Origin: Camelus dromedarius
Lineage: Eukaryota
NCBI RefSeq assembly: GCF_036321535.1
Contig: NC_087437.1
Coordinates: 83,020,001 to 83,084,000, forward strand
Direction of reading: 5' to 3'
DNA length: 64,000 nt
This document shows positions 40,182-52,493 of this stretch, one piece after another. Numbering within the stretch: position 1 is the stretch's first letter; the number at the start of each line of letters is the position of its first letter. The position numbers and the translations under genes were made by a program. The notes under the pieces were generated by a model that was not told the DNA's origin, made no database searches, and was given only the letters and a program-made list of their open reading frames with translations.

Positions 40182-40420
40182 GGGGGCAGGGTATAGCTCA
40201 GTGGTAGAGTACATGCTGGGCATGCATGAGGTCCTGGGTTCAATCCCCAGTACCTCCATTACAAAAATTAGTAAATTAATAAATCTAATTACCTCCCTTC
40301 CTTCAAAAAATAAATAAAATAAAAATAAGGTAAATAAATCTATTTTAAAAACTTAAAAAAAATGGTAAGCATGCAAACTAACAGAAAATAAAGTTGAAAA
40401 CAAAACAAAAAAATTTAAAG
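40182..40420 (+). mobile_element. tRNA-derived SINE of camelid type (Vic-1-like) with A-rich tail
   Basis: ggggcagggtaTAGCTCAGTGGtagag (A box)...gGGTTCAATCCccag (B box), followed by an A-rich tail and degenerate flanking repeats aaaactctgtaact / aaaatcctattact. Confidence 0.8.
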
Positions 40421-41487
40421 AAAATCCTATTACTCTGTTTTGCTCATGCTTGCTATAGACAATTCTCAGCCATCCTCTTCCTCACCCTGGTAGAGAACTT
40501 ATTCCAAGGTTCAAACCCAAAACTTGGCCTTGTAATAAACTGAGCATGGGCTTCCTGGGTCTCCATCCCCTTCAAGATAATCCATCAGGAGAGATGAGTC
40601 AACTCCCAGCAGCTACAGTCCCTGAAGATCTTCCAGGACAGGTGTTCACATGGTAGCGGATGCTTTGGAAATCCACTGGAGCTGAGTTTTGCTAACATCA
40701 AGGTGCTGAGTTTTGCTAACATCAAGGTTTCCACGTTGTGTGACCTGGTGAAACTGCTACCCACTGCAAACCCCGCCATTCCTGCACATCCCAGCTGCCA
40801 GACCCTCCAAAGTACCCTGTGGCCTTAGAATAGGGAGAAATCCACCACAGCTGATTTCTACTTTGGGGATAATTCCCATTTCATGTTAATCCAGCTCTGC
40901 AGAGGCTGGAGACTTGGACACTAGGGAGACTGGTACTCCATCCTCAATTCAGAAGACCATCTTCTCTTCCTTCTGCTTACTCACTTAGCTCCTCCGAGTA
41001 AGGAGCTAGATCTGGAAATCGGTCTGAGCTTGACTAAAATGATATCCCCTTTTGTCTATCTGTGCTGTACATATCTGTGGAGCATATTGTTAACTAGTTT
41101 TAAAAATTGTAAATGTGTGTGCATAGTAACATTTTTTCAAACATTTCTAGTATAAGTGTAGAGCATAAAATAAAGTTATGTATCCCTAACTACTATCACC
41201 CCCAATTCCACTGCCCACTGATAGATCTTATAAATGGTTGCACAGATTTCATGCTCTTATGCATGTAATTATGCATATATGCCTATTTTTATAAGAATAC
41301 TGAGGGACTCATTATAACATATAAATATATGCTTCATGCACTTTATATTTTGGGCATTTTTCCATAGCAGCCCTTATAGGTTGTTTCTTTCTTTTAATAG
41401 TCTTACAACATTAAGTTAAAAAATCTTTTAACCAGTACTTTATTAATGAATATTGAGATTCCTTTTTTTTTCCTTTTTATTCCAAAC

Positions 41488-41983
41488 TGTCATAACTAGC
41501 CTTAGAAGATGGTCTCCAGTGAGCCTCATCTCGTGGTATTCATGCCCTTGTGTATTCACTTCCCTCACTGAACTGGGCTGACTTGTATAACACAGATAGT
41601 GTGGAAATGGCTTCCAGGACTAGGTCATAAAAAGCATTGTGGCTTCTGCTTACTCTCTTTTGGATCATTCACTCTGGTGAAACCTGGTTGTTATGGGGAC
41701 ACCCTAACAGTTCTACTGAAAAGTCTGTGGGATGAGGAACTGAGGCCTCCTGTAACTTGTCAGCCACGAGAGTGAGTCACATTGGAACTGGATCATCCAG
41801 CCCCAGTCAGACCTTCAGATGACCGCAGCCTCCACCCACACCTTGACTACAACCTCATGAGATACCCACCCAGCTAAGCTGCTCTCCAGCTCCTAGGACA
41901 TCAAAACTACATGAGATAATAGTGTTTATTATGATATTGAGCTTTTTGTGGGTAATTCTCATGTAGCAGTGATAACTATTACC
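41488..41983 (+). mobile_element. MaLR MLT1-type solo LTR inserted in old L1 sequence
   Basis: gtggtattcatgcccttgtgt...gaggaactgaggcctcc...ccagctaagctgc...gtagcagtgataactattac. Confidence 0.75.
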
Positions 41984-41999
41984 CAAACAGTGCCACAAC

Positions 42000-42400
42000 A
42001 GTCATCCATGTCTGCTCACTTTTGTGCATCTAGGAAAGTCTGTAAAATAAATTCCTAGGAGTAGAATTACTGAGTTGAAACAGATGTGAATTTTCAATTT
42101 CACTTAATTGTGTCAAATTTAACAATATCCCACAGGAATGAATAGGCTTCCCCACACCTTGCCCTCATCATCACAGCCCACCCTCAACTTTTACCATTTT
42201 ATAGGCTTAATTTTTTTTCAATTTGAATTTCTTAGTTAGGCATGAGATTGAGCATTTTTTCATATATTTATTGGCCAGGTATATTCATACTTCTGTTAAC
42301 TGTCAGTTAATGTCTTTCACTCACCTTTATATTGAATTGCTCATCTTTTCCCTATTAACTTGTTAGAGCTCTTTGTATAATAAGAACATTAGCCCTGCTT
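42000..42400 (-). mobile_element. Old LINE-1 (L1ME-like) fragment
   Basis: ttcctaggagtagaattactgag...gagcattttttcatatatttattggcc. Confidence 0.6.
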
Positions 42401-43984
42401 TATGTGTGTACATATTTTGACACTTTAATTTTAACATTACTTACAGAGATTTTTTGGAGTAGAAGATTTTTACTTTTTGTAGGAAGATGTATCTTTAAAA
42501 CAGTATTTTGGATTTTTAGAAAAAGTTTACCACCTTTAAAGAAAGTTATTAAAAGAAAAATGCTCATATTATCTTCTGGTTCATATCTTACATTTTTTTT
42601 TTCTTACCGATGTGGTGACTGGAAAATTGAATCTCAAAACACAGAAATGAAAACAAAAGCCCTAATTTGTAGTATTTGCAAATTTCTGAGGTGTAAACAC
42701 TCTTACCATGCCCAATTACAAGCTCTCAGTGCAACCTCTCTGAGCACAGAGTTAGCTAGGAAGAGACGTGCACAATTGCCTCTTGCCAGCTGGTAAATGC
42801 CAGCCTAGCACACCGCTGCACCAGAAATGTATTTTGACATAAAGAATGAGAAAAATCCAGCTTCTTTTTCCCATATGGCTTTTTTTCCCCCAAATGGAAA
42901 ATTCATTTTTTTTTTTTCTGTACTGAAGTGCTCAGCTTGATCATATTCTCCTGGACACATTTGGGTCTATTTCTGTATCCTGTAGTCTCTTTCATTGATT
43001 AGCTATTCCAGCCCACAAACAGTTTAATTACTAGCATTTTATAATCTTTTATACCTGACGAGACTAGTCCTTTTAGTCTTCTTTTCCAGAGTTTTCCCTG
43101 TCTCTGTTCATATACTGTGCTTACAGATGTGCCACCCTTGGTTTAGAAAAGTTTATAGCTTTGTACTGGTTGTTTAAAAAATTTGAGCCTATAAATTTGC
43201 ACAACTAAAACTACACCGTGATAACGCTTACATGACCAAGTTCCTAGAGACTCAGGAAAGCTTTTCGGTGAATTCTTTTCTCATGCACCAATACAACACA
43301 ATAGATAAAAGCAATTGAACACATAACTTGGTCATATTTTGATAATATTTTGACATAGGCAGTGTTAATGCTGACTGTACATTTTAGATGTGTGTTAGGC
43401 TTTTATGTTTATATTAAAGAATACAAGCTAGTTGTTAGTGCCCTTCAAAACTTCTGATCCAGTTTAACGGAAGTAGTCCTAGACTGCAATGTGAGTTCTT
43501 TTAAAGAACCATTTGCAAATATTTGTTATTATGAATTGGATTTTTCTCAATTCTGTTAAACTAGATCAAAATTTTAAAAATAGTCTGATGCTGCCACCTG
43601 AGGTAGATGCTGAGCTGCATGTGAGACTAACTTTCATTAAAATAGCTACACTTTGATGCTAACATGAATTTGTATCAATTACATTCTTAATATATTATGT
43701 ACAAAAATGTAAGCTTTTATTTCAACATAGGCTTTCACTATAAAAACTGTTTCAAATCTGCTGAGCTGAGTCTTCAGCAAGATGTGAGGATGGGTGGGGT
43801 GGAGAGAGGTGTGTCTCGCTCATTTACTAAGTTGTGTGAGTTTCCCTTTAGGTCTTCAGTCCCCACACCCGTATCACCCCATATACCTTACGACTGAATA
43901 CTCGTATCATCTGTATTTTTTTGTTTGCTTTTTATTTAAATTTTTATCCCCCCCCCCAACCCAGTCAAAAACTAATTTCACTGT

Positions 43985-44330
43985 ATAAAGATCAGTGGTT
44001 GCCAGGGTTAGGGTGAAGGAAGGGAGGAATGGGCAGAGAACAGAGGTGTTTTAGGGCAGTGCAACTACCCCAGATAATACTGTAATGGTGGCTATGTGTC
44101 AATATAAATTTGACAACACCAAGAGTGAAGCCAATGTAAGGTTTTGCGTGATAACCATGTGTTAATGTACGTTCTTCGGTTGTAATGAATGTTTCACTCT
44201 TGTGGGGGATTCTGCTAACGGGGAGGCTATACATGTGTTGGAGTAGCGGGTATGTGGGAACTCTCTTTACCTTCCTGTTCAGTTTTTCTGTGAACCTAAA
44301 ACTGCTCCAAAAATAAGTCTGTTAAAAACA
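43985..44330 (+). mobile_element. LINE-1 3' end (L1MC-like)
   Basis: agatcagtggttgccaggg...tttttctgtgaacctaaaactgctc. Confidence 0.8.
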
Positions 44331-44569
44331 AACAACTGATCTCAGACCCTTTGTCATACTAAAGTGCAAATGATGGGTGAGAGATTAAAGTGCTATCTCT
44401 CCAAGGACCTTTGTCTTTTAACAGGAAAAGAGGCTGTAAAGCTGATGAACTGAAACTTCAGTTCTGGCTGCAGATGGATGCGAGAGTTTACGGACATCAC
44501 AGCCTTCCCATGAGTCGGGAGAGGAGGGGCACAGAGATGAAAGGCAAGGGGAAAACTGAAAAAGCAGAA

Positions 44570-44740
44570 GAACTGAGGGCACAAGATTTGTGTTCTGATC
44601 TTGGCTCTATCATTTCCTGATGAGTGATCTTGAGAACTCCCTAAAACTTGTTTTCCTCACCTGAGTAACAAGCTTAATAAAAGCATCCCACCAGTCCTTT
44701 AATGAGGATAAATTGAGATAACATATGAGGACATGCTTCA
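44570..44740 (+). mobile_element. MIR SINE
   Basis: gttttcctcacctg...atgaggataaattgagataac. Confidence 0.55.
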
Positions 44741-47700
44741 TTAATGGAAATAATACAAAAATGTTTGTTATTCGTCACAAAAAAGGCAGATGTGCTTTTG
44801 AAACATTTAGAGTCCAGATTGACAGTGGGATCAGTCTGTCTGTTTTCTCTCCTTTTCCATTAACTCTGTGTCTGAACTTTCTCATCTCTAAAATTGGGAT
44901 AACAATATTTACTTCTCCAGGTTGTTTTAAGGATTAAAATGGATAGGCTTGTAAAGTATTTAGAGAAGTGTCTGTCTGTCCTCACTCTCATCCCAGTAAG
45001 TGTCCAACAAATATTTTTGTTGTTTCCATTTCCTCTCCAAATCCATGTGGAAAGACATTAGTGTCTGTCACTGAGGTTCAGCTCAATCAGAAGTCAAGCC
45101 AAGCCCCACTGACCCAGGAAAGAAAAACCCTGACTTTCTCAGAACTTCTTTTAGGGCATTTATTACTTTCTACGTTCCTCTGTTCACTGTTCCCATTGCT
45201 CACTCCTCAGACCCTTTGAGTGGGTGTGTGACTTTTTGCCCCCATCATTCTATTAAAACTGCACGTGTTTTAGAGGAAGTAAACTATAAAGGGTTCTTCG
45301 GACAGTTAAAAGTGATGTGATGCATTTAGAAAGGGAGAGAATTTTTAAAACCCAGAACAACGATCAATTCTATTTCAACTTGCAATATACAGTTAACAGC
45401 ATTAGGTGTAAGTGAGAAGTGGAATAAGCCTGATTATATGAGACTGTTACTATATTTCTGAAAAAGATGTTTCTTCTTTCCTTCATGATTGCATTTTCAG
45501 TTACCACCTGTCTTCTTGGATAGAAATAACTTCCTTTCTCTGAAGCTGTTGGGTTTCTCCGGGAGCTGGGAGGTTCTGCACCTTGCGTGTGACTGCTTTC
45601 CTCAGTTCAGTAAAGAGATCAGTCACCAAGTCACCCTTTCCTCTCCAGTGATAGCTGCCACCTCTCGTTTTCACAAGAAATGATAAAGCAAATGAGTCAG
45701 CCCCCAGGACACCTCAAGAGTGGCACGCAATGCTCAGGCGAACCTCAACTTGAGCTGGTGCTAAAGAGTTTTAGAAAAAGCCTTCAGAAACCCTTCCTCC
45801 AGAAATAAAGGCATGAATCTGCCTTCCTTTCTTCCCCCCTCTCTCTCCATTGGCCTTTTAACGGCTTTCCAGATTTCATTGAACTTTTTAAAAACACGAA
45901 GTTATGATTTTTAGTTTGAATAAAAAAGCAGTGATATAGTAGTCTGTGATCTTCCCCTTTAAGGTAAGAATCTGCATAATTATGTGTAAAGAGAAGGTGT
46001 TTTGAATTGTAGAGGAGAGAAGGTGTGTTTATTCTCCTAACTGTCAGTTACTTTGCAGTCAGTTACTTTGCAGTCAGTTACTTTGCAGTCAAGTATAGGA
46101 CTAGAAAGGGCTTTTTGCTTATGCGCTTGGTTGGTTTGTTTCAATGACTGTTTTTAAACAGTGATAGGTTATGTCCTCTGTTGTTTTCCTAACTACATTT
46201 TTAAATATCACAACAATTTCTGTTTTAAGTACTTGGAATGATATGTACAATAAAATAATTGTTAAATAATAGGAGAAAAACAAAAGATGCGACTGAGAAA
46301 TTCTAAATGAAACCCACATCTAAACTACTTTTTTGACCAGCTTTGTAAATAATCGCTTGTTTATAAAGGTGTTAATTTATATTGTAGGAGGGAGAAGGAT
46401 TTTAGTTCCTTTGAACTTTTATTATTATCCTTGTTTGTGTACACTAGAAAGAAAGCAAACCAATAGCATTGAAATTGTTTAGTCATTAATTATGGTATTC
46501 CGTGATCATTCCTTTCCAAGAGTTCAGTGCACTATCATCTGACTGGGTAAAGTGAAGCGGTGGAGACCAGAACTTGGGCAGCAGGAAAGTGGATAAAGGT
46601 GCTAGAAAAGAAAACTGTGATATTAGAGAAACTGGTTTAGCCCAGTAGAGAGGCTAGAAAAAGTCAACTGCATATTTGCCCAAAGCATCCACCTTAAAAA
46701 AAAACAAAACAGATTTTAATCAATTGAACAGGTAGGACTTCGGTTGGAATGTTTATTTTTGTCTATTCATTTATTCTTTATAATCAGTCAGATAAAATGG
46801 TTTGGATTAGGTACCGTTATGCTTGTATATTTGAGCAAATCAATATCCACAATAAAAGTGTTGTAAGATGATAAGAAATGCCAAACTGGCCCAGATCTAC
46901 GATCCATCCACCCTAATTTCACCTGTTTCAGACTGATCTGGAGTCAACATGCGCTATGACCTGGTGGCTGCCCTCCAGACAACTTCTTAAGTTTAGGGAG
47001 AGCCTGTAAACAGTGCTGATAACAGTGCCTGGCAAATGTGTGGCTTGCGGGTGATTCATGTTTGCTGCACAAATGAATGAGCCAGAAAGTAACCGTCATA
47101 TACTTACCGCCATTCCCCTGAAGCTAGTCTTAGTTTATGTTACCAACTGTGCATGATAAGTTCTTTGTTTTAAGTGTCTTATATTACCTTAAAAATTACT
47201 TATCTCCAGCATCAAGAATTCCTCCCCCCTCAACTTTGGTATTCCAGGATTTGACCTGATTAAAGTTTAAGACAGAGAAAAATGCTCTGCCACCTGGTTG
47301 ATGTACTCCCTGCCTCAGCTGAACCCGTTTCCCTCAGAAGTGGAAGAATTCTGGCTTTGGTTGCAAACAACATTCCGGTAAGAAAACCAATTGTGTACCA
47401 GGGTGTTTACTGCATGGCCTACCCTGAAGGATAAATGTTAACTAGTTATTACTGCTCCTTAATACCAGCGATGTTACAAGATTAACAGGAGTAGATAAGA
47501 AAGAGAAGCATGATTTATAAGTGATGCTGGCAGAAGGGTAATTACAGGGGAATGAGCTATTGTTATGTGGTAATGGTTTATTACAATAGACCCTAACAAG
47601 GCCATTATAGTATATATTAATGCTATTTTCAAAGGCCTGGAGGGACAAAAAAAGGGAGGAAGCAGAAGCTCATCCTTTGGCGAACAGAATTTGTTGACAG

Positions 47701-48429
47701 ACACACTCACTATCGTATTTTGCAATTTCCAGGAACTAGAAGTGGATGATTAGTTGCATCTGTTGTGAGTATACGGGCGTGACGAGTGGGAGCACTTTGC
47801 TGTATACTTGCTATCCCAGGCTAGACGAATCAGAGAATTTGGCTTATTCTTTTGGGTAGAAACATAATAAGAGAATAGATCCAGCTGGGTTTTTTAAAAT
47901 AAAGCAACATACTAGATAAAGCAGGACACAGCGTAAGATTCTCTGATTGAAACAGCTCTATGGTGAGACTGTAGGAGTTTGACCCCACTGACCTGAAGCA
48001 ATGTGGGCTTCAGAGATTAAGAGAGAGCTCTAGAGTGACTTCTCTCCAATCTAGCAGTTTGGTCATGGGTTAAGTAAATTCACACTGAGTGTGTCCAAAG
48101 AAAAACCAGTCTCTCATGGACTTAATTACACAGGATAACAAGTAGCAAACTGTAAGAACGCTACACCTCCCCCCCACCGAACTTTCTAATTTCTGGTAGA
48201 GGAGGACATTCTGGGAACAAGGAACCATGTTAGATCTGCATACTCACACCTATCCCACACCAAAAAGTTTGCATTGCTTTGACAGTGCATTGGTTAAAAA
48301 AAAAAAAAAAAAATCCTACCTCTGCTTCTCCTCAGGAGGGATAAACTTTCAACAGATTGGCAACATTAAGAGAATTCCTTCAGGAAGTACTTCAACTAGC
48401 AAGGATTGGTGTTTTCAAAATGCCTTGTA

Positions 48430-48690
48430 TTATCTTCAAGGGTATTTGTTCCCCTGGCTCCCTCCCTGTGGGGTTGCTTCAAGCCGGCAGCCCTCCCTAG
48501 AGATGTTTAGAAAGAACTCTCTTCTTTCAGGTGCTGGCAGTTGTCCCCTCTCCGACATAAATATAAGCTCTGTTGTTACCAGTCCCAGGTTACTGCACTA
48601 TCCCTTGTGACCCCCCCCTTCATTAAGCCCCCCCTTAAATTATCATAAATTGGGAAAGCCATCTTTTTCCTCCCAAGATCCTGACACATC
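48430..48690 (+). mobile_element. Old ERVL-type LTR fragment (LTR33/LTR16-like)
   Basis: tgcactatcccttgtg...cttaaattatc...gccatctttttcct...cctgaca. Confidence 0.4.
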
Positions 48691-50169
48691 ACCTAATATC
48701 ATGAAAAAATATGAGTCATCTTCAGCGTGAAGTGAGAGTTTTGTAAGTAAGAGCTGTCTGAGAAGGAGAGTGAGACAGAGGCAGGGAGATGGCCCACTAG
48801 TGGATCACCCACCTTGTGATGGGGCTTTGGACTCAGTCCTGGTAGAATATGAGTGCAGTCCGTGGACCAGGTAGAATGAGAGACACCAGGGTCCCTGCTA
48901 GCCCAGTGGGACCCACTGCCTGGGAATGGCTTGGTCTGCTGCATTTGGAAGTCTGTCTTCTTTATTTCCATGTAGGATCATTTAATACTGTAACACTTTC
49001 CTTGGGAATCTACCACAAAACTCCTCTACTTTCTTTTGGTAACGTCAACATCTTTTCAGTCAGAGGTCTTCTTTTTGTTCTTCCTAAAGTTAACCTAAGG
49101 TGTGAGATCACAGCAGCATCCACACCCTACTCCCTGCTGAATCTGGGATCAGAGCTGTAGGATCTTCCGGTTACAAGAGCGGTGTGAAGCTGTGGACTAC
49201 AGCTTCCCCCTCTCACACACAGTAAGCTGAGGTTTCTGTAGCCAGAGGTGGAAGGCCTTCCTTCAAAGCCCACAGCTCGTGGTTATTGGGAGTGTTAGAG
49301 CCTGTGAAACCCACAGCCCTGTTTTCCCTGGCCTAATCTTTCTGGCCAGAGACTTTGGACTTGACATGTGACATCACTCAGACTAGAGGCCTGAGGGGCA
49401 AAGGCCTCCATGGGGAGTTTTGGAGAATGAATAGGGAGAAGAGAAGAACCCAAAAGAGGGAAAAGGTTTTTAATTCCTGTGGGAATTTTTTGAGGTATAC
49501 TTTGAGGACTGTGCCTTACTGAGAATCCGACAATCCAGCCACCAAAAATTCCTACTGGTTTTTTTAATAGGGTGGACATTTTCAGCAAATAGTCAGGAAC
49601 CAGGGTTATGTAGGAGGCAGTAGCCCAGAAAAGCAGTTCACTTCCTCCCTTGCTTTGCTTTAGTCACGCCCAGTAAATGAGGGCACCAGGGGGCTCACGG
49701 GCAGGTGTGTGCAGGGCTGAGCCCGGCTTAAGCTTTGACCTGCTAGTAACCAGAAATAATCCTTTGAGTGGAGCCAGTAAATGTTGTCATTTGCTATCAT
49801 TCCTTGCATTCCAGGATTATTCACAGCAATTAGAATTTATTCTTCATGTAATATGGCTGGTATTTAAGACTAATATTTTAATTTTAAATGTGGCACAACT
49901 TGAGAGGCAGAATACTTTTGTGAGCCCCTTCAGTAAGAGACACTTCATTAACCATTTGAAATAAAAATCAGCAATACTGAAGCGGTCTTCTTGTTAGTTT
50001 AATTTTATCTCCTTTGTATCTTCATTTTGTAAGGTTCTTCTGTGTGTAAGTTTCTACTAACTCCAAGGGCAGGTCTTGAGCTTTACAAGCTATTGGAAGT
50101 AGGCAGGAAAAAGTACAGGACAACTGCTTTTAGTAACGTGCATGTTTGGAGGGACGTACTTTCATGCAG

Positions 50170-50608
50170 TGTATTAGTTTGCTAGGGCTACTGTAACAAA
50201 GTACTGCAAATGGGGTGGCTTAGAATGACAGAAATGTATTGTCTTGTAGGTCTGGAGGCCAGCAGTCTGAAAGCAAGGTGTCAGCTCGGCCATGCTCCTT
50301 CTGAAGGCTCTAGGGAAGGGTCTGTTACGGGTTTCTCTCCTAGTTTCTGGTAGCTTCCAGAATTCCTTGGCTTGTACATGGCCATCTTCTCCTTGTGTCT
50401 CTTTACATCGTATTCCTCTGTGTATGTCTGTGTCCATGTTTCCCCCTTTTATGAGGACATCAGTCATACTGGAATAAAGCCCACCCTAATGACCCCATTT
50501 TAACTCTGTAAAGACCCTGTCTTCAAATAAAGTCACATTCATTCTAAGGTCCTAGGGATTAAGACTTCAACATATCTTTTGGTAGGGGACACAGTTCAAC
50601 CCATAACT
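50170..50608 (-). mobile_element. MaLR MLT1A/B/C-type solo LTR
   Basis: tgtattagtttgctagggctactgtaacaaagtac...gggacacagttcaacccataac. Confidence 0.88.
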
Positions 50609-51379
50609 ATACAGCCTGCTGAAACTGTGAATGGGGTTACTACTCATGGTTGCTGAGCTACTCAGAACTAAACATTCTGACTGGGACTTTTCCCCAGCTC
50701 ATCGAGGGCCCACCTTTGTTTAGTGTGCTGTTTACCACAAGTTAGGATACAACCGTGTGTTTAAAATTAGTGGTCTTGAGGTGTGTGCTGGTGGGGCTTG
50801 CTGTTTTTTCTCTGGCCTTTCTGAGTTTCATGTGCAAGCGAGACACTGCTCAAAAATCAATGACTTTGGTGTGCTTGTCTTATACTCTTCAGTCGTAAGA
50901 TCATGGCTTCAGGCAGAGCTGCAAGAGCTGAAAAGTCACAAGACAGAAAGGACTGCACGTTTTTGGAAATTTGTTATAAAATAAACAACTTTGCATTTTG
51001 TTCTTATCCAGAGTTGCTAATGATGTTTTTCCTTTTGGATTAAGCATCTTCCTTTCTTTAAAAATAAAATATTAAGATAATTCCTAATTATATATCTTCT
51101 AATTATGTGAAAATGCTATTCAACATTTCAAAAAAGTTTTATATGACTAAATAAAAGAGGATACAAAAATTATAGTATGGAGGCTTTGATTCACTTAGCC
51201 ACGTTCAAACGTATGGATCATTTGTTTTTTAGATCTGTAAAATCAGAAACACATGCATTTGCAAAATGACACATGTCTCAATGTAATTAAAGCTTTGCCA
51301 TTTTATAATTAATCACCCAAGCAGCCCCAGCACTATTGCTTATACTGCCATTAACACTGCCAGTACTACTGCTACTAAT

Positions 51380-51600
51380 AACAGCTAATGTTTGTTGAGC
51401 ACATATTCTGTGCCAGACACTGATCCAAGTGCTTTGCCATGTTTTGACTAATCTCACTTCCACAGCAATTCAACAACTCAATTCAATTCAACCATTATCT
51501 CTAATTAAAGAAACCGAGGCCCAGAGACTAAACTAACACTGTAAATGGCAAAGCCAGAATTCAAATCTGGACTCAGAGCTCTTACTTTAATCACTAAAAA
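51380..51600 (-). mobile_element. MIR SINE
   Basis: tttgttgagcac...tgtgccagacactg...gaaaccgaggcccagaga...gaattcaaatc. Confidence 0.65.
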
Positions 51601-52493
51601 AATCTTCTTGGGTAGAACATTCCAAAATCTGTGCCATAGAATACCAATTTTATTAAATGCTTCTGAAAAGAAGAAGAAGAAAAAAAAAAGAAAATGTTTA
51701 TGTAGCTAAATACATTTGGGGATTACTGCTATGTAGATTTGTAATGTATGCTATGTTAAAAAAAAAAACCTATATAACAATGTAAGATTGAAATTTCAAC
51801 TAGGCATCAAGATAAAATAAATGCAGAATTCCTAAATGAGTTTCTAAGTCACCATATGCAGACTATAGAAGCCTAATATCTGGAAACCTATTCCATAACT
51901 CCTGGATCCTTTCAGAGAATGGAAAGGTTTTGTATGATTTTCCTGGGAGAGATTAGCAGCTGTGCTATGGGGCCCCAAGCTTTTCTGCTTGAGAATGTTG
52001 CTACCTCCTACATCAAGCCCAGTGAGCAAGGGCTTCAGGAGGACTACTTGAAATGCTTAATTTATGTCCCCATATGTCAGGGACACTGCAGACTGAAACT
52101 GATTCCCTCTTGGGAAATCTAGATGTAAAAAGTTGGCCCATTAGCACTTTGATGCCAGTCCCTAGATTGGCCTTGCTGCTGCATGGGGGCAAAGATGTTT
52201 CATTGCTTCCCGTGGACCATGGGTGGGCTGTAGGGGGTGAGAGCTGTAGGAAGGTGGAGTCTCCCAGATGATGGTCTGGGAATAGAGGTGGGTGGACATC
52301 CTGGAGAAATGAAGAGTATCACTCAAATCTTAAGAATTGATGCTGGAGAGTTCCCCTATGATGGAACTTTCAAAGAACCCCTAAAATTGGCCTATATGAG
52401 TCACCTTTACCATCTGCCATGCCCGAAGAACATAAACTCACTTAGCAGAGTAAGGACTATAAATCCCCTCACCTTTTCCTTCTGCTCTCATCT

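Noticed and set aside
40185..40256. Possible tRNA gene
   Set aside because: Acceptor and anticodon stems look imperfect, and it continues into a SINE body and A tail; called a SINE.
42404..42796. 130-aa ORF, and the similar 127-aa ORF at 48227
   Set aside because: Non-coding-like composition overlapping old repeat fragments; no recognisable protein family.
43588..43603. CTCF-like GCTGCCACCTGAGGT
   Set aside because: Only half of the core matches; several mismatches in the CCAC part.
44144..44154. Additional TTGCGTG (XRE) abutting GATAA
   Set aside because: Lies inside a decayed L1 3' end and is isolated; no supporting context.
46043..46091. CRISPR-like or systematic repeat array
   Set aside because: Head-to-tail repeats without spacers in mammalian DNA; a simple minisatellite.
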